A stretch of DNA of 64,000 bases from Nitrosopumilus sp. (GCA_965204345.1 OZ241981.1:32001-96000), one strand, 5' to 3'. Positions 20,470 to 31,054 are shown, counted from the stretch's first letter. Notes: generated by a model not told the origin, from the letters alone. Translations and numbers: made by a program.

Positions 20470-21261
20470 TTAAATGTTCAATTTTCTGCGTTCCTTACGC
20501 TCAATGATGATCATGCCTGTGGCATACAGTGCCATCATTGGCACTGAAATAAACCACATTGTGACCCCGCTTCCATCTGGCGTAATCACTGCGCCAAAAA
20601 TGACAATTATTACGACTGCGTACCTGATATTCTTCCTCCAAAAATCCGAATCTACCATTCCGGAGGCTGATACTGCATACATTACTAGTGGAAGTTGAAA
20701 TGAAAATCCAAATGCCAGCAAAAATTGCAGAACAAATGTTACAAATTCTATGACATTAAGAAACGTAACTAGTCCTGCTGATTCGCCATACCTGTACAGA
20801 AATTCTAAAATGTATGGTATGACTAGGTTATACGAGAACACGCAGCCTGCAACAAACAACCCTAGTGCCGGCAGTGTGATGCTTCTGCTAACATTGATTT
20901 CGTTTTCTTTTAGCGCAGGCTTGATGAATCCTACCATCTCTCTGATGATTACCGGCATTCCTATCACAATCCCGACTAGTGCTGCGATGTATACCTGGGC
21001 AAAGAATGCCTGACCTGGGGCCGTTTGAATTAACTGTACGTCTGGCGGCACCAGGTTTGTTTTCATGTAGCCTGTAATTTGAGCTGCAATGTTGTTTAAT
21101 GGTTCAGGCGTTGGATAGTACAATGTGAATTGTCCTGCTTGAAATGGCTCTGCATGAAATGTTAATATGAATACCGTAAACCCGGCAATGACTAGGACAA
21201 TTTTGAGCAATCTTTTTCTTAGCTCCTCAAAATGTTTGTTGATACCGTCCAATTCTGACAT
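20470..21261 (-). CDS. tatC: Twin-arginine translocase TatC
   Basis: HFEELRKRL, FGFSFQLP, AVITPDGS. Confidence 0.93.
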   Translation of the reverse strand: MSELDGINKHFEELRKRLLKIVLVIAGFTVFILTFHAEPFQAGQFTLYYPTPEPLNNIAAQITGYMKTNLVPPDVQLIQTAPGQAFFAQVYIAALVGIVIGMPVIIREMVGFIKPALKENEINVSRSITLPALGLFVAGCVFSYNLVIPYILEFLYRYGESAGLVTFLNVIEFVTFVLQFLLAFGFSFQLPLVMYAVSASGMVDSDFWRKNIRYAVVIIVIFGAVITPDGSGVTMWFISVPMMALYATGMIIIERKERRKLNI

Positions 21262-21291
21262 CGGATCTCTTTGTGTCCTAAACTATATCAA

Positions 21292-21759
21292 TCAAGTGGG
21301 AATCGGCAATAACTTTGCCTCTGGAAGGCCTGCCTCCTTGAGTGCTTCAGCGGTAATTCCCTCAAATTCTAGCGATATGGTTGCTTTGGTGTTAAATTTG
21401 GTCTCCATCTCTTTTGCAAGCCCTGAGATATCCTTGGCAGAATAGATTTCATCTGATCCCCTCAGGATTACCCTGTCTCCCTTTTCCATGTCTTTTCCAT
21501 TGTACTTGCTTTGCAAAAACTTGGTAATTTCTGGCAGTTCTTTTCTGTCTATGTTGTTGTAAAAATAGCATATTCCTTTTACTGACTCGTAATCATATGC
21601 CGTTCCATTTCTGTACATGAAGACCCCGATAAAGTGTGCCTCATCCTCTGGCTCCCTGACGCATTTAATCTCCCAGTTTAACAAATTGCTCTCATCATAA
21701 TCATATTCTCCTAGTTCCTCTGCGGTCAGCTTCCAGTAACGCATTCTTCCTTTTGCCAT
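21292..21759 (-). CDS. Conserved hypothetical protein
   Basis: Likely start MAKGRMRYWK at 21759; the longer ORF-track extension looks non-coding. Confidence 0.65.
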   Translation of the reverse strand: MAKGRMRYWKLTAEELGEYDYDESNLLNWEIKCVREPEDEAHFIGVFMYRNGTAYDYESVKGICYFYNNIDRKELPEITKFLQSKYNGKDMEKGDRVILRGSDEIYSAKDISGLAKEMETKFNTKATISLEFEGITAEALKEAGLPEAKLLPIPT

Positions 21760-21964
21760 TATGACTTGTTGTAAATTATTCTGATATAAATTCCATTTCC
21801 ATGTGACTGGTCCTCTTTTGCGGCAGACAGCCATGTCGTGCAGGCTATCCCTAAACGCAGATCCCAAGCCGGAGACCTGGGGGGACTGATATCTCAAAAT
21901 AACCATAAAGGAACAAAATTATTCGAAAGATAGATTAACCTCGATCCTTTCTTCCAACCTGTTA

Positions 21965-22225
21965 ATGGCAACTTTTAACGTTCATGTTACAATTGAAAAC
22001 AAGCCTGGCATCAGTGATCCTGAGGGTGAGACAATTCTTAATGACTTGGTGCTTAAGGGAACTCACAAAACAGTCTCAAAAATCAAAACTGCAAAGATGC
22101 TAAAATTCACCATTGAAGAAGAAAATAAGGACACTGCCCAATCAAAGATGCAAGAGATTTGTGATGATTTGAGAATATACAATCCCATGGTAAGCAAGGT
22201 CACCATAGATGTTTTTGAAGGCTAA
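21965..22225 (+). CDS. purS: Phosphoribosylformylglycinamidine synthase subunit PurS
   Basis: KPGISDPEGETI...YNPMV. Confidence 0.9.
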   Translation: MATFNVHVTIENKPGISDPEGETILNDLVLKGTHKTVSKIKTAKMLKFTIEEENKDTAQSKMQEICDDLRIYNPMVSKVTIDVFEG

Positions 22226-22226
22226 A

Positions 22227-22454
22227 TTATTCTGACTCGGCATTTTCTGCTGTGGCCCCTAAGAAAAGCTTACCTGTCAGAAATCCTGCCAAGTTAGTTT
22301 GGGTCATTGCCTTGTTATTTTTACTGTAACACTGTTTGTAATCTCTTTTTTTTGAGTGTTGCAGCCTTTCAAACTATTCTTCAAATTCTATGTCTTTTTG
22401 AAGCTCATCTGGCAAACCTGACCACCAATACCTCTGTTTGTTGTTCTCAGACAC
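22227..22454 (-). pseudogene. Possible small gene with one in-frame TAG
   Basis: 76 codons from GTG: VSENNKQRYWWSGLPDELQKDIEFEE*FERLQHSKK...AESE; no recognisable family. Confidence 0.3.
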
Positions 22455-22532
22455 CAACCCAACGTTCTCTTTATCACTAATAGATCTGTTGGAAAATTTT
22501 TTACAACAACTGTCTAAGAAAACCTGACAAGA

Positions 22533-23006
22533 TCAGTCTTTTGTGTATTTTAAATCCGAATCTTGTTCCTTGATTTTTACGACAACTGTGTCCCCTAGCT
22601 TGCTAAATGCCCTTTGTCTCTTTTCATTAGTGAGGGCCCAGCCTAAAATGACGTCTAATGGAAGCAAAAATGACTTTCCAAACGTGCTGATTAAAATCCC
22701 CTTTAGTCTTGGACTGTCCCCTGAGACGTCCATGACCTTTAGGTTCAACATTTTCTTTCCAATTGTTTTGCCCGTCTTGTATTCCAAAATAGCCCAATAC
22801 CCAAAAAAGACAATGCTTGTAAGTGCGTACTGGAGGCTGTTTGCCCAAAATCCTTCCTCCTCATATTCATTGTAACCTGTTCCATATGATGCAAAAATAA
22901 CTGACGTTGCAATGGATGATATTATTACAAAGTCAATTAGCCATGCTACAAACCTGTCTGTCCATTTTGCCAAGATAATCTCTGGCAGAATGTCTCCATT
23001 ACTCAT
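22533..23006 (-). CDS. RDD family membrane protein
   Basis: RFVAWLID, GKTIGKKMLNLKV, QRAFSKLGDTVVV. Confidence 0.88.
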   Translation of the reverse strand: MSNGDILPEIILAKWTDRFVAWLIDFVIISSIATSVIFASYGTGYNEYEEEGFWANSLQYALTSIVFFGYWAILEYKTGKTIGKKMLNLKVMDVSGDSPRLKGILISTFGKSFLLPLDVILGWALTNEKRQRAFSKLGDTVVVKIKEQDSDLKYTKD

Positions 23007-23265
23007 AACATTTTAACTTGTTTTAAGTTAATAAAACATTCTAATCAATAGTTATTGACACCCTGATTTGGACACATGTAATTTATCCTTCTCTCTTTCT
23101 CTAAGATTCTTCTACTTGGATGAAAGCAAAATTTGTCACTTTTTGTTATGTCCTGTGGGAATAAAATCCAGCCTGGAGGGAATATCAGTAAAGATCAGGA
23201 TGATCAGGGGTGCATAAGCGCTGTGCTAAGGGCTTGAAGGCCGCCTTAGGAATTAATAATACTAG

Positions 23266-24123
23266 TTGCTATTAAATTTGAAAATATTTTTGGCCTCTAT
23301 AAATCCCGTTGATCTTTTTTTGTGGACTTTTCGTCGAAATGAAAGAGATGTTGTAAATCTTTACAATGCCCTTTCGCCTGTAATGCAACTTGCAACAAAA
23401 GGAAACATGTTAAATTTTGGATACTGGGACTCTGATCACGCCACTCCGATTTTGGCACAAGAAAATCTCTGTCTGGCCTTTGCTAAAATGGCCGAATTGG
23501 ATTCTGGCAGACATGTTGTGGATGTTGGGAGTGGCCTGTCTGCTCCTGCATTTTTTTGGCAAAATCTTTTTGAAAATATTGCCATCTCTTGTGTCAACAT
23601 CAACTATGATCAGCTCACTTGTTTGGGTCCTAAAAAGAAAATTCATTTTTTTAATTCCTCCTCTACGAAATTACCTTTTTCGGAAAATTCAGCTGATCGT
23701 ATTTTAGCTTTAGAGTCCTCACAGCACTTCAAACCCTTCTCGGAGTTTATTTCAGAGTCAAAAAGGATACTGACTGGTTCGGGGTTGCTGGTTCTGGCAA
23801 TACCTGTGACCCTTAATCCCGCATCTTTCTCAAAGCTGGGGATACTGAAATTCACTTGGTCTTCTGAGCACTATGTTCTGGATGATATTTGTAAAACTAT
23901 TGCCTCTTGTGGATTCAAAATATCTGAGCAAAAACTAATCGGCTCATCTGTTTATCCTCCCCTGGCTGATTATTATGTTGAAAATAGAGACGTGCTTAAA
24001 ACCTCTATTTTGAAGCAATATCCCTCATACGTTGAAAAAATTCTGTTTAGATCAATCCAAAAAATGAAACAGGCCTCTGAGGACGGCATTATTGATTACG
24101 TGTTGCTAAAATGTCATTTGTAG
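23266..24123 (+). CDS. Class I SAM-dependent methyltransferase (tocopherol/sterol-MT-like)
   Basis: LNFGYW, VDVGSGL, LPF...ALESSQHF. Confidence 0.85.
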   Translation: MLLNLKIFLASINPVDLFLWTFRRNERDVVNLYNALSPVMQLATKGNMLNFGYWDSDHATPILAQENLCLAFAKMAELDSGRHVVDVGSGLSAPAFFWQNLFENIAISCVNINYDQLTCLGPKKKIHFFNSSSTKLPFSENSADRILALESSQHFKPFSEFISESKRILTGSGLLVLAIPVTLNPASFSKLGILKFTWSSEHYVLDDICKTIASCGFKISEQKLIGSSVYPPLADYYVENRDVLKTSILKQYPSYVEKILFRSIQKMKQASEDGIIDYVLLKCHL

Positions 24124-24182
24124 GCATACCCCTGCCATCTTGTAGGCTAGGTTTTTATTTTTGATATTTTGTCTAAAGGATA

Positions 24183-24566
24183 ATGTCTGATTCTGATTTC
24201 ACATTAAACCTATACAACCAAAAATGTTCTCAATTACTACAAGAATCTGAGATTCGTTTTGCCGGAATTGTTGATAAAGAGGGAAAACTAATTGCCGGAG
24301 GATTCAAAGAAGGCCTTGTTCCCCATGAGGGTGATGAAACTAGGCTCCAGTCCTTTTTTGAGTTTGTTTCCAAAGCATCCATTCGAAAAGAGTATGATGA
24401 GAGTCTGGGGCCAATAAACTATCTGGCGGCTCGGCGTGACAAGGCAGTCCTGGTTAGCTTCCCCTTTCCTATCACACAAATCCTTCTGCTGATATCTGCC
24501 GAGCCTACTGCCAACATTGAAAGTCTGGCAAAAAAAGTCGTTGAAATATTCACTGACGTAAACTAG
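24183..24566 (+). CDS. Thaumarchaeal DUF6659-like protein
   Basis: IRFAGIVDKEGKLIAGG...RKEYDESLGPINY...RRDK. Confidence 0.75.
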   Translation: MSDSDFTLNLYNQKCSQLLQESEIRFAGIVDKEGKLIAGGFKEGLVPHEGDETRLQSFFEFVSKASIRKEYDESLGPINYLAARRDKAVLVSFPFPITQILLLISAEPTANIESLAKKVVEIFTDVN

Positions 24567-24675
24567 GCCTATCTATCAATCCCTTCTTTTCTGCCAAGCT
24601 ATCCCATGCCCATTGGGGAAGATTTGTATGATTAAGTGATCTTAATTTTTACAAACAGTTTTAATTTAACATGTC

Positions 24676-25146
24676 TTGTTAAAAATCAAATTGAAGGCGA
24701 CATTTGGTGCAGGATGTTTCTGGCATGTTGAAGACCTGCTAAATAAAACCAAGGGGGTGAAATCCACTGCCGTGGGGTACATTGGAGGCCACCTGCCAAA
24801 TCCTACTTATGAGCAAGTTTGTACTGACAAAACCGGTCATGCCGAAGCCGTCGAGGTAGAATATGATCCCAGCGAGATTACTTTTGAGGAACTACTTGAT
24901 GTGTTTTGGAATAATCATAATCCGACAACACTGAACCGGCAAGGCCCTGACGTTGGAATTCAGTACAGGTCTGCCATATTTTATCACGATGAGAAGCAAA
25001 AAGAAATCGCTGAAAATTCAAAACAAGAACTTGAAGAGTCTCAAAAATATGAGGTCCCTGTTGTAACTCAAATCGTTCCAGCTCCTACGTTTTACAGGGC
25101 AGAGGAATACCACCAAAAATATTTCAAAAAGCGCGGTTTTTCTTAG
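24676..25146 (+). CDS. msrA: Peptide methionine sulfoxide reductase A
   Basis: GAGCFW, TGHAE, QYRSAIF, AEEYHQKY. Confidence 0.95.
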   Translation: MLKIKLKATFGAGCFWHVEDLLNKTKGVKSTAVGYIGGHLPNPTYEQVCTDKTGHAEAVEVEYDPSEITFEELLDVFWNNHNPTTLNRQGPDVGIQYRSAIFYHDEKQKEIAENSKQELEESQKYEVPVVTQIVPAPTFYRAEEYHQKYFKKRGFS

Positions 25147-25578
25147 TCACTTTACAATGACGACTGGAATTTTTGAGGTATGTATGACATAGTTTGAGAC
25201 GCTTCCAAAGAACATTTCCTTGGCAGAGCTTCTACCCCGTGAACCGATGACGATCATGTCGAATCTGTCTTTTCCATGTGCTGTTTTTATGATATTGTAG
25301 CCTATTTCCCCCCTTGCAATTTTTTCCTTAAACACAATTCCGTTCTTTGCAGCCAGTGTTTTTGCATCACTCATGAATTTTTTTACCTGCGTGTTTAATG
25401 ATTTTTCAACAGATCCCACCCCCCTAAATTCTGAATGTGGCGGTGCGTAAATGCAGTAGGTTCCTGTAATTATCGCACCGCAATTTCTAGCCAGTGTAAT
25501 TGCCGTTTCTAGGCCTCTCATAGAGTTTTTGGATCCGTCCAAGGGAACTAAAATTTTTGAAATTTTCTTTTTTATCAT
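25147..25578 (-). CDS. Universal stress protein
   Basis: KILVPLDGS, DMIVIGSRG, GSVSNYV. Confidence 0.9.
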   Translation of the reverse strand: MIKKKISKILVPLDGSKNSMRGLETAITLARNCGAIITGTYCIYAPPHSEFRGVGSVEKSLNTQVKKFMSDAKTLAAKNGIVFKEKIARGEIGYNIIKTAHGKDRFDMIVIGSRGRSSAKEMFFGSVSNYVIHTSKIPVVIVK

Positions 25579-25701
25579 GCTATCTGAGTATTTTTGATAT
25601 TAAAAAACATACTTGCTATTTTCAAACCCTGTTATCACAGATTATCTGATCGCATAGTTCACTAAAACTTATCTACTGATGATAATTGTTGCTAAAGCAG
25701 C

Positions 25702-26493
25702 GTGAAAGAAAATCTTCTTCGGATTGACGGACATAAAATCCGATATTTGGAATCTGGCAATTCTAAAAATACCCTTGTGCTAATTCATGGGCTGGGAGCT
25801 TCTGCTGAAAGATGGTCCCATGTGATCCCGCTGCTGACTGACAGCTTTCGTGTAATTGTACCTGATCTGATTGGATTTGGATTTAGTGACAAGCCTACAG
25901 CCGATTACACTCCTGACTTTTTTTCTGATTTCCTTGAAAAATTTTTTTCTGAAACTAGCATCGTACGTCCCAGTGTTGTTGGCTCCTCTTTGGGCGGACA
26001 GATCTCCGCAGAATATGCTGCCTTGCACTCTGAAAACGTCGAGAAACTCGTTCTTGTGTCTCCTGCAGGACTGATGAAAAAATCTACTCCCGCACTTGAT
26101 GCCTACATTATGGCCGCATTATATCCAAATCAGGCCAATGCAAAAAATGCATTTGAAATGATGGAGGGATCTGGAAAGCCTGCTGAGCCTGCCATCGTTG
26201 ATGGCTTTGTAAAAAGAATGCGATTACCCAATGCCAAACTTGCTTTCATGTCTACTATTTTGGGGCTGAAAAATTCTGAATCCATTGCATCCAAATTAGA
26301 GTCTATCTCCGCTCCAACCCTGATTATTTGGGGCAGCAATGATCCTGTAATTCCAATTGGCTATGCTGATGATTTTGTTTCTGCAATTCAGGACTGTAGA
26401 TTCTTTAGAATGGATGGATGTGGCCATACCCCCTATGTTCAGGATCCTCATACATTTACTGCCAAGGTTTTAGAATTTCTTAACGGCATTTAG
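25702..26493 (+). CDS. Alpha/beta hydrolase (candidate PHA depolymerase by context)
   Basis: HGLG, PDLIGFG, GSSLGG nucleophile elbow, D and CGH triad positions; directly upstream of phaR/phaP. Confidence 0.85.
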   Translation: MKENLLRIDGHKIRYLESGNSKNTLVLIHGLGASAERWSHVIPLLTDSFRVIVPDLIGFGFSDKPTADYTPDFFSDFLEKFFSETSIVRPSVVGSSLGGQISAEYAALHSENVEKLVLVSPAGLMKKSTPALDAYIMAALYPNQANAKNAFEMMEGSGKPAEPAIVDGFVKRMRLPNAKLAFMSTILGLKNSESIASKLESISAPTLIIWGSNDPVIPIGYADDFVSAIQDCRFFRMDGCGHTPYVQDPHTFTAKVLEFLNGI

Positions 26494-26528
26494 ATCCCTT
26501 TAAATAGTATCTGTTCCAATTATTACCT

Positions 26529-26954
26529 ATGAGTGGTAATCAAAACCCATATGATCCTTCTGAGATGTTTAAATCTTGGATACAGAAAAGTGGACGTGCT
26601 CAAACTGAGTTTATGAAAAACTTTGGCTCGTTGATGGCCAATCAGACCAGCCAAACATTCAATCCTTCAGAAGTCCTAAAAGGAATTTCCCAAAGTACAA
26701 AGCAGACCAAATCTGATATGATGGATAACCTGTCTGCCATGCAAAGCAAAGGCATGGATGCCATGTTTAGCATTGGACAAATGCTTCCATCCTTTATGAA
26801 TTGGGGCGCCTACAAAACCACAATTAGCAGCAACGGACGAATTTCTATCCCAGAAGCTGAACGAAATGCACTTGGTTTGGGAGATGGTGATCTAGTCCAG
26901 GTCATTATCTTGCCAATAGCAAAAAAACCAAAAAATAAGGAGGTGAAAAAATGA
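26529..26954 (+). CDS. phaR: AbrB-domain regulator (PhaR-like)
   Basis: C-terminal AbrB fold TTISSNGRISIPEAERNALGLGDGDLVQV; same position as haloarchaeal phaR, before the phasin. Confidence 0.7.
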   Translation: MSGNQNPYDPSEMFKSWIQKSGRAQTEFMKNFGSLMANQTSQTFNPSEVLKGISQSTKQTKSDMMDNLSAMQSKGMDAMFSIGQMLPSFMNWGAYKTTISSNGRISIPEAERNALGLGDGDLVQVIILPIAKKPKNKEVKK

Positions 26955-27382
26955 GTAAAACCGAAACAAAACAAGTAGTAAATTCAAAAGACGTATTTTC
27001 TGTCTATCAGGAAAATATTGACAAATTCTTCACTGGCATCAGACAGTCAGTACCGCAGTACCATCAGTCAATTACTAATGTACAGCAGGAATACATTCAA
27101 GCATATGAGAACGTGCTGGATTCTGCCGTTTCATTACAGAAAGACTATGTAAAGAAAGCAGGCATTGCAACGAATCTTCCTGAATCCGCACTGAAAATGA
27201 TTCATAATACAACTGAAGAGTTTGTAAAGGTAGCATCAATACAAAACCAAATTACGCTTGCAACCATAGATGCAACGCAACAAAACATCAAAACATTCAA
27301 CGACAATGCAAAGTCGTTTGCTAGCCTTAACAGAAATATTCTCCAGTCATGGATTTCTGCATTTGCCGCTAAAGCAAACTAG
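26951..27382 (+). CDS. phaP: Phasin-like PHA granule protein
   Basis: Amphipathic Q/N/A-rich helical protein of phasin size in the PHA cluster; overlaps phaR. Confidence 0.65.
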   Translation: MSKTETKQVVNSKDVFSVYQENIDKFFTGIRQSVPQYHQSITNVQQEYIQAYENVLDSAVSLQKDYVKKAGIATNLPESALKMIHNTTEEFVKVASIQNQITLATIDATQQNIKTFNDNAKSFASLNRNILQSWISAFAAKAN

Positions 27383-27406
27383 CACCTTGTTTTTTTTAAT
27401 TTTTTT

Positions 27407-28471
27407 TTATGACCTTTCGGCCAGCCACTTGCCGAGTTCTGGCAGCACTTTCTTCTGTGATAACGAGCTGGCAATCATGCCCACGTGTCCGGTAGGATAC
27501 ATCCTTAGCGTCTTATCCTCACTGCCTATTGCATAATGCAAAGGCATGCTGCATTCAGGTGAGACGAGGTGATCTCCCACTGCAATTTGTGTAAATGTCG
27601 GCATGTCTATCTTCTTCAAATCTATATGTTCTCCATTTATGTGCATTTTGTTTTGAATCAGCAGGTTCTCCTGATAGATGTCTTTGATCCACTGCTTGAA
27701 TAGCTCTCCTGGGATTGGCGGCGTGTCTCCCAGCCATTTTTCTACCCTGAGGAAGTTATCTACAAATTTTTTATTGTCTATGTTCTTAAAAAATTTAACA
27801 TACTTTTCAATTCCCTGCTCAAATGGCTTGAGTACCGAAAAGCAGTAGTACATGAATTCCGGAGGCATGTTTCCTATGGTCTTGACCATCTTCTCAACGT
27901 CCATGTGTTTGGCAAGATTGCTGATTACCGTAGTGTCTCTCCATCCGTCAATTACTGGTGCCGTTGCGATATAGTTTTTCACACTATCTGGATGCAATGC
28001 CGTATACGCTGTGGCAATAGTCCCCCCGGTACAGTACCCTTGCAATGAAATTTTTTCAGTCGATGACTCGTTTTTTATGTATTCTACTGACGAATCCAAA
28101 TACCCATTTACATAATCATCAAAATCCAGATATTTGTCCATGCTAGTTGGCGTTCCCCAGTCCAGCATGTACACGTCAAATCCCTGCTCTAAAAGATTTC
28201 TTACCCAGCTTTTTTCTGGCTGGATGTCTAGTATGTGATACCTGTTAATCAGTGCATATGAAATCAGCAGCGGCGTCTTGTGCTGCTTTTCTGTAAGCGG
28301 CCTGTAGTGCAGGAGCCTTGTTTTGTCTATCTCTTGCACAATATCATGAGCCGTCACCTCCAAGCTGATTTCGTCTGGCGCTGCAACCAACTTTGGCGCG
28401 TCAATTACGTTTTTGCTGAATTTTAGGATCTCCTCGATAATTTTTGGATCAATCTTTGGCTCACTGTGCAT
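27407..28471 (-). CDS. phaC: Class III PHA synthase subunit PhaC
   Basis: YALINRYHILD, DWG, lipase box GYCTGG, DHLV, TGHVG catalytic triad. Confidence 0.95.
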   Translation of the reverse strand: MHSEPKIDPKIIEEILKFSKNVIDAPKLVAAPDEISLEVTAHDIVQEIDKTRLLHYRPLTEKQHKTPLLISYALINRYHILDIQPEKSWVRNLLEQGFDVYMLDWGTPTSMDKYLDFDDYVNGYLDSSVEYIKNESSTEKISLQGYCTGGTIATAYTALHPDSVKNYIATAPVIDGWRDTTVISNLAKHMDVEKMVKTIGNMPPEFMYYCFSVLKPFEQGIEKYVKFFKNIDNKKFVDNFLRVEKWLGDTPPIPGELFKQWIKDIYQENLLIQNKMHINGEHIDLKKIDMPTFTQIAVGDHLVSPECSMPLHYAIGSEDKTLRMYPTGHVGMIASSLSQKKVLPELGKWLAERS

Positions 28472-29039
28472 TTTTCCTAGTTTCCCTTTTCTTTAACTCT
28501 AGTTCCAACTTTCCTATTCTTTTTTTAAGAGAATGAATCTCTTTGTATACCTCGTCAATCTCTTCTTTGCTTGGAAGATTAATTGATTGCAGAATCACAT
28601 TGGTGATGTTGTTCCAGTGCCTGGTTAATTCCAATTCTTTGGAAACGAGCTTTCCATAGTTTTCACCAAATCTTTTTGAATCAAACAACTCTGTAAAATC
28701 ATTGTCAAAAATGTCTATCCAAATTCTCTTAAATGCCTCGATTTGCTCAACATCCTGAGGCACTTTTGGAGCTTTTAGGTTTACTTTTTTTTGGGCGGTT
28801 CTCCACGTGTCTGCAAGTTGCTTGTAATATTCCGTCAAATACTGGTTGAATCCCAGAAGTTCCTCGTTAATCTCAATTAGTTCGGTTGTGACCTTTTTTG
28901 AGTTTGCAGCAAATGCTCTCATTGGGCCTGTAGATGCAAGTGCTTGCGGCTTGCTTGACATCAAGTGAATGATATCTGTCCAAAATAATGACAAATGTTT
29001 GTAGTAATCTGTAACATTTTTTGACGAGTCTGCCTGCAC
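28461..29039 (-). CDS. phaE: Class III PHA synthase subunit PhaE
   Basis: NLPSKEEIDEVYKEIHSLKKRI PhaE box; overlaps phaC. Confidence 0.88.
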   Translation of the reverse strand: MQADSSKNVTDYYKHLSLFWTDIIHLMSSKPQALASTGPMRAFAANSKKVTTELIEINEELLGFNQYLTEYYKQLADTWRTAQKKVNLKAPKVPQDVEQIEAFKRIWIDIFDNDFTELFDSKRFGENYGKLVSKELELTRHWNNITNVILQSINLPSKEEIDEVYKEIHSLKKRIGKLELELKKRETRKNAQ

Positions 29040-29092
29040 AGATATTCATAAATACAGATCGCAATAAATAGTTAGATTACCGTATTTTGCTG

Positions 29093-29487
29093 TTGGATAA
29101 CACCAAAGAACTTGAAAAAACCTGTCAGGCAATCATTGACTTGGACCCTAAAATGCGCTCAGCTAGAATAATCAATGGCAGAGGCCATTTAGTTGCAGGT
29201 GGGATGAAGGACGGTTTGTTCTCACTTGAAAATCTCAAAAGCAGGATGAAATGATGTTCATGGAACCTGCCTTACGTGTTAGAATGCGACATGAATTTGA
29301 CGCTGAATTTGGAAAAGTGCATTTTTCAATGTCTTATCGTGACAAAGTAATCGTGATGAGTTTTCCCCTAAGTAATGATGATGTCCTGCTTCTGTCTTGT
29401 GAAAAAAATGTTGATTTTGGAGAATTGCCCTTTAAAGTTTTAAAACTTGTCAAATCCCTAAAAAACTCTCCGATGAGGACCTTCTAA
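29093..29487 (+). pseudogene. Frameshifted DUF6659-like gene
   Basis: N-half LDNTKELEKTCQAIIDLDPKMRSARIINGRGHLVAGGMKDGLFSLE continues in another frame as SQKQDEMMFME...HEFDAEFGKVHF; shift at the gaaaa run 29228-29232. Confidence 0.7.
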
Positions 29488-29963
29488 CTGCTGAGACTTT
29501 GCATCACCTGTTTTCACTGGTTTGGGATTTTCAGCATCTGTCAAATCACAGAGACTAATTAACAAAAACATTCTCTGGTGTGATTTAAATTTGCCAGAAC
29601 TTTTTCTGGTGTTTCTGTGCTGAACAGCAGGAGGCGGGTTTATTCTTGCTTGTCTGCTTGCAGGCGGACTTGGAGCTGATATGGTTTTTGTTGAGCAAAA
29701 AAAATAAATCAGTATGTTCTAATTCCCCACGTGTTGCTGATATCTCTGGCTCTGGTTTAGCTCTTCAAAAACTCTCATCCGTATCTGAGTACCATCACAG
29801 CTGTGTTTTGTCACTGTGTTTGGATGATTCCAAAAGGATATGCTCTGCAATTAATTTATGCCAAACAGGCTGATGCTGACCATCTACTGTCTGTGCACTT
29901 TTTTGTCGGGACAGACTGGAATTTGAACAATCCAAAATATGGCATTTTGTCATTTTAAATGTT

Positions 29964-30875
29964 TTATTCGTTAAGCATTTTTCTTAATCCTGCACATCTG
30001 TTTCTAATTGTCACTTCTGTAACTCCTGATGCAATTGATATCTCTTTTTGTGATTTTATCTCTCCCGTACTAATGCATGCAAGATAAAGTGCCGCTGCTG
30101 CTATTCCCATTGGATCCTTTCCTGCTATTATCCCGTTTTCTTTTGCCTGATTCAGTATGCTGATTGCTTTGCGCTTACTTTTTTCACCTAGTTCTGCTAT
30201 GCTTGCAATTCTTGACACGCCTTTTACTGGATCAACTACTGGCATCTTTAATTCCAGCTCTCTGAAAATCAATCTGTAGCATCTTGCAACATCCTTTCTT
30301 CTAATGTTGATTCCTTTTGCAATATCATCTAACGTTCTTGGTGTCTCTGTATTTCTGCATGATGCATACAGACATGCTGCGACCAGTCCCTGGATTGAAC
30401 GGCCCCTGACCAGTTTTTTTTCCATGGCTTTTCTGTAAATGTAAGCTGCCTTTTCTATCACTGCATCTGTTAATGCAAGCTTGTCTTTGAGTTTGTCCAT
30501 TTCATTGAGTGCTTGTCGTAAATTTCTGTCCGCTGATGAGTGGGCCTGACTTCTGCTGTCCCATGTTCTCAATCTCTCAATGGAACTTTTTACACTTGCA
30601 GCTAGCGGCTTTCCTGTGGCATCCTTGTTGGCTGCTCCAATTACTGTTGACAAGCCCATGTCGTGCATGGTTAGTGATGTTCCAGCACCCACCCTTGTCC
30701 TGTTTCCCTCCTCGTTTGAAAAAGAACGCCATTCTGCACCCGTGTCTGAAATTTTATCTGTAACTACCAATCCGCACTTGCTGCAAAACAGCTCCCCAGT
30801 GTTTTGATCCGTAACTATCTTCCTGTCTCCGCAGGATGGACATTTTGGTCCGTTGACCATACTGTTTTTAAGCAT
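29964..30875 (-). CDS. tfb: Transcription initiation factor IIB
   Basis: Zn ribbon CPSC...CSKCG, EWRSF, cyclin repeats, GKDPMG, VTEVTIRNR. Confidence 0.95.
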   Translation of the reverse strand: MLKNSMVNGPKCPSCGDRKIVTDQNTGELFCSKCGLVVTDKISDTGAEWRSFSNEEGNRTRVGAGTSLTMHDMGLSTVIGAANKDATGKPLAASVKSSIERLRTWDSRSQAHSSADRNLRQALNEMDKLKDKLALTDAVIEKAAYIYRKAMEKKLVRGRSIQGLVAACLYASCRNTETPRTLDDIAKGINIRRKDVARCYRLIFRELELKMPVVDPVKGVSRIASIAELGEKSKRKAISILNQAKENGIIAGKDPMGIAAAALYLACISTGEIKSQKEISIASGVTEVTIRNRCAGLRKMLNE

Positions 30876-30945
30876 AATACTGTATGTTGCTATGATTCCT
30901 TATTATTCATTTTACCTAATCTCTACGGGTTAATTGTGTGTAGGT

Positions 30946-31044
30946 TGAGCTAATACCTGTTCTATATCCTTGGAATGAGCTAATACCCGTTCTATATCCT
31001 TGGAATGAGCTAATACCCGTTCTATATCCTTGGAATGAGCTAAT
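30946..31044. repeat. Tandem repeat, 30-bp unit x3.3 (tgagctaatacccgttctatatccttggaa)
   Basis: Units at 30946, 30976 and 31006, partial unit at 31036; one mismatch in the first unit. Confidence 0.95.
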
Positions 31045-31054
31045 GCCTTTGATT

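Noticed and set aside
30946-31044. Possible CRISPR array (30-bp repeats)
   Set aside because: Units are directly adjacent with no unique spacers, and there are no cas genes in the window.
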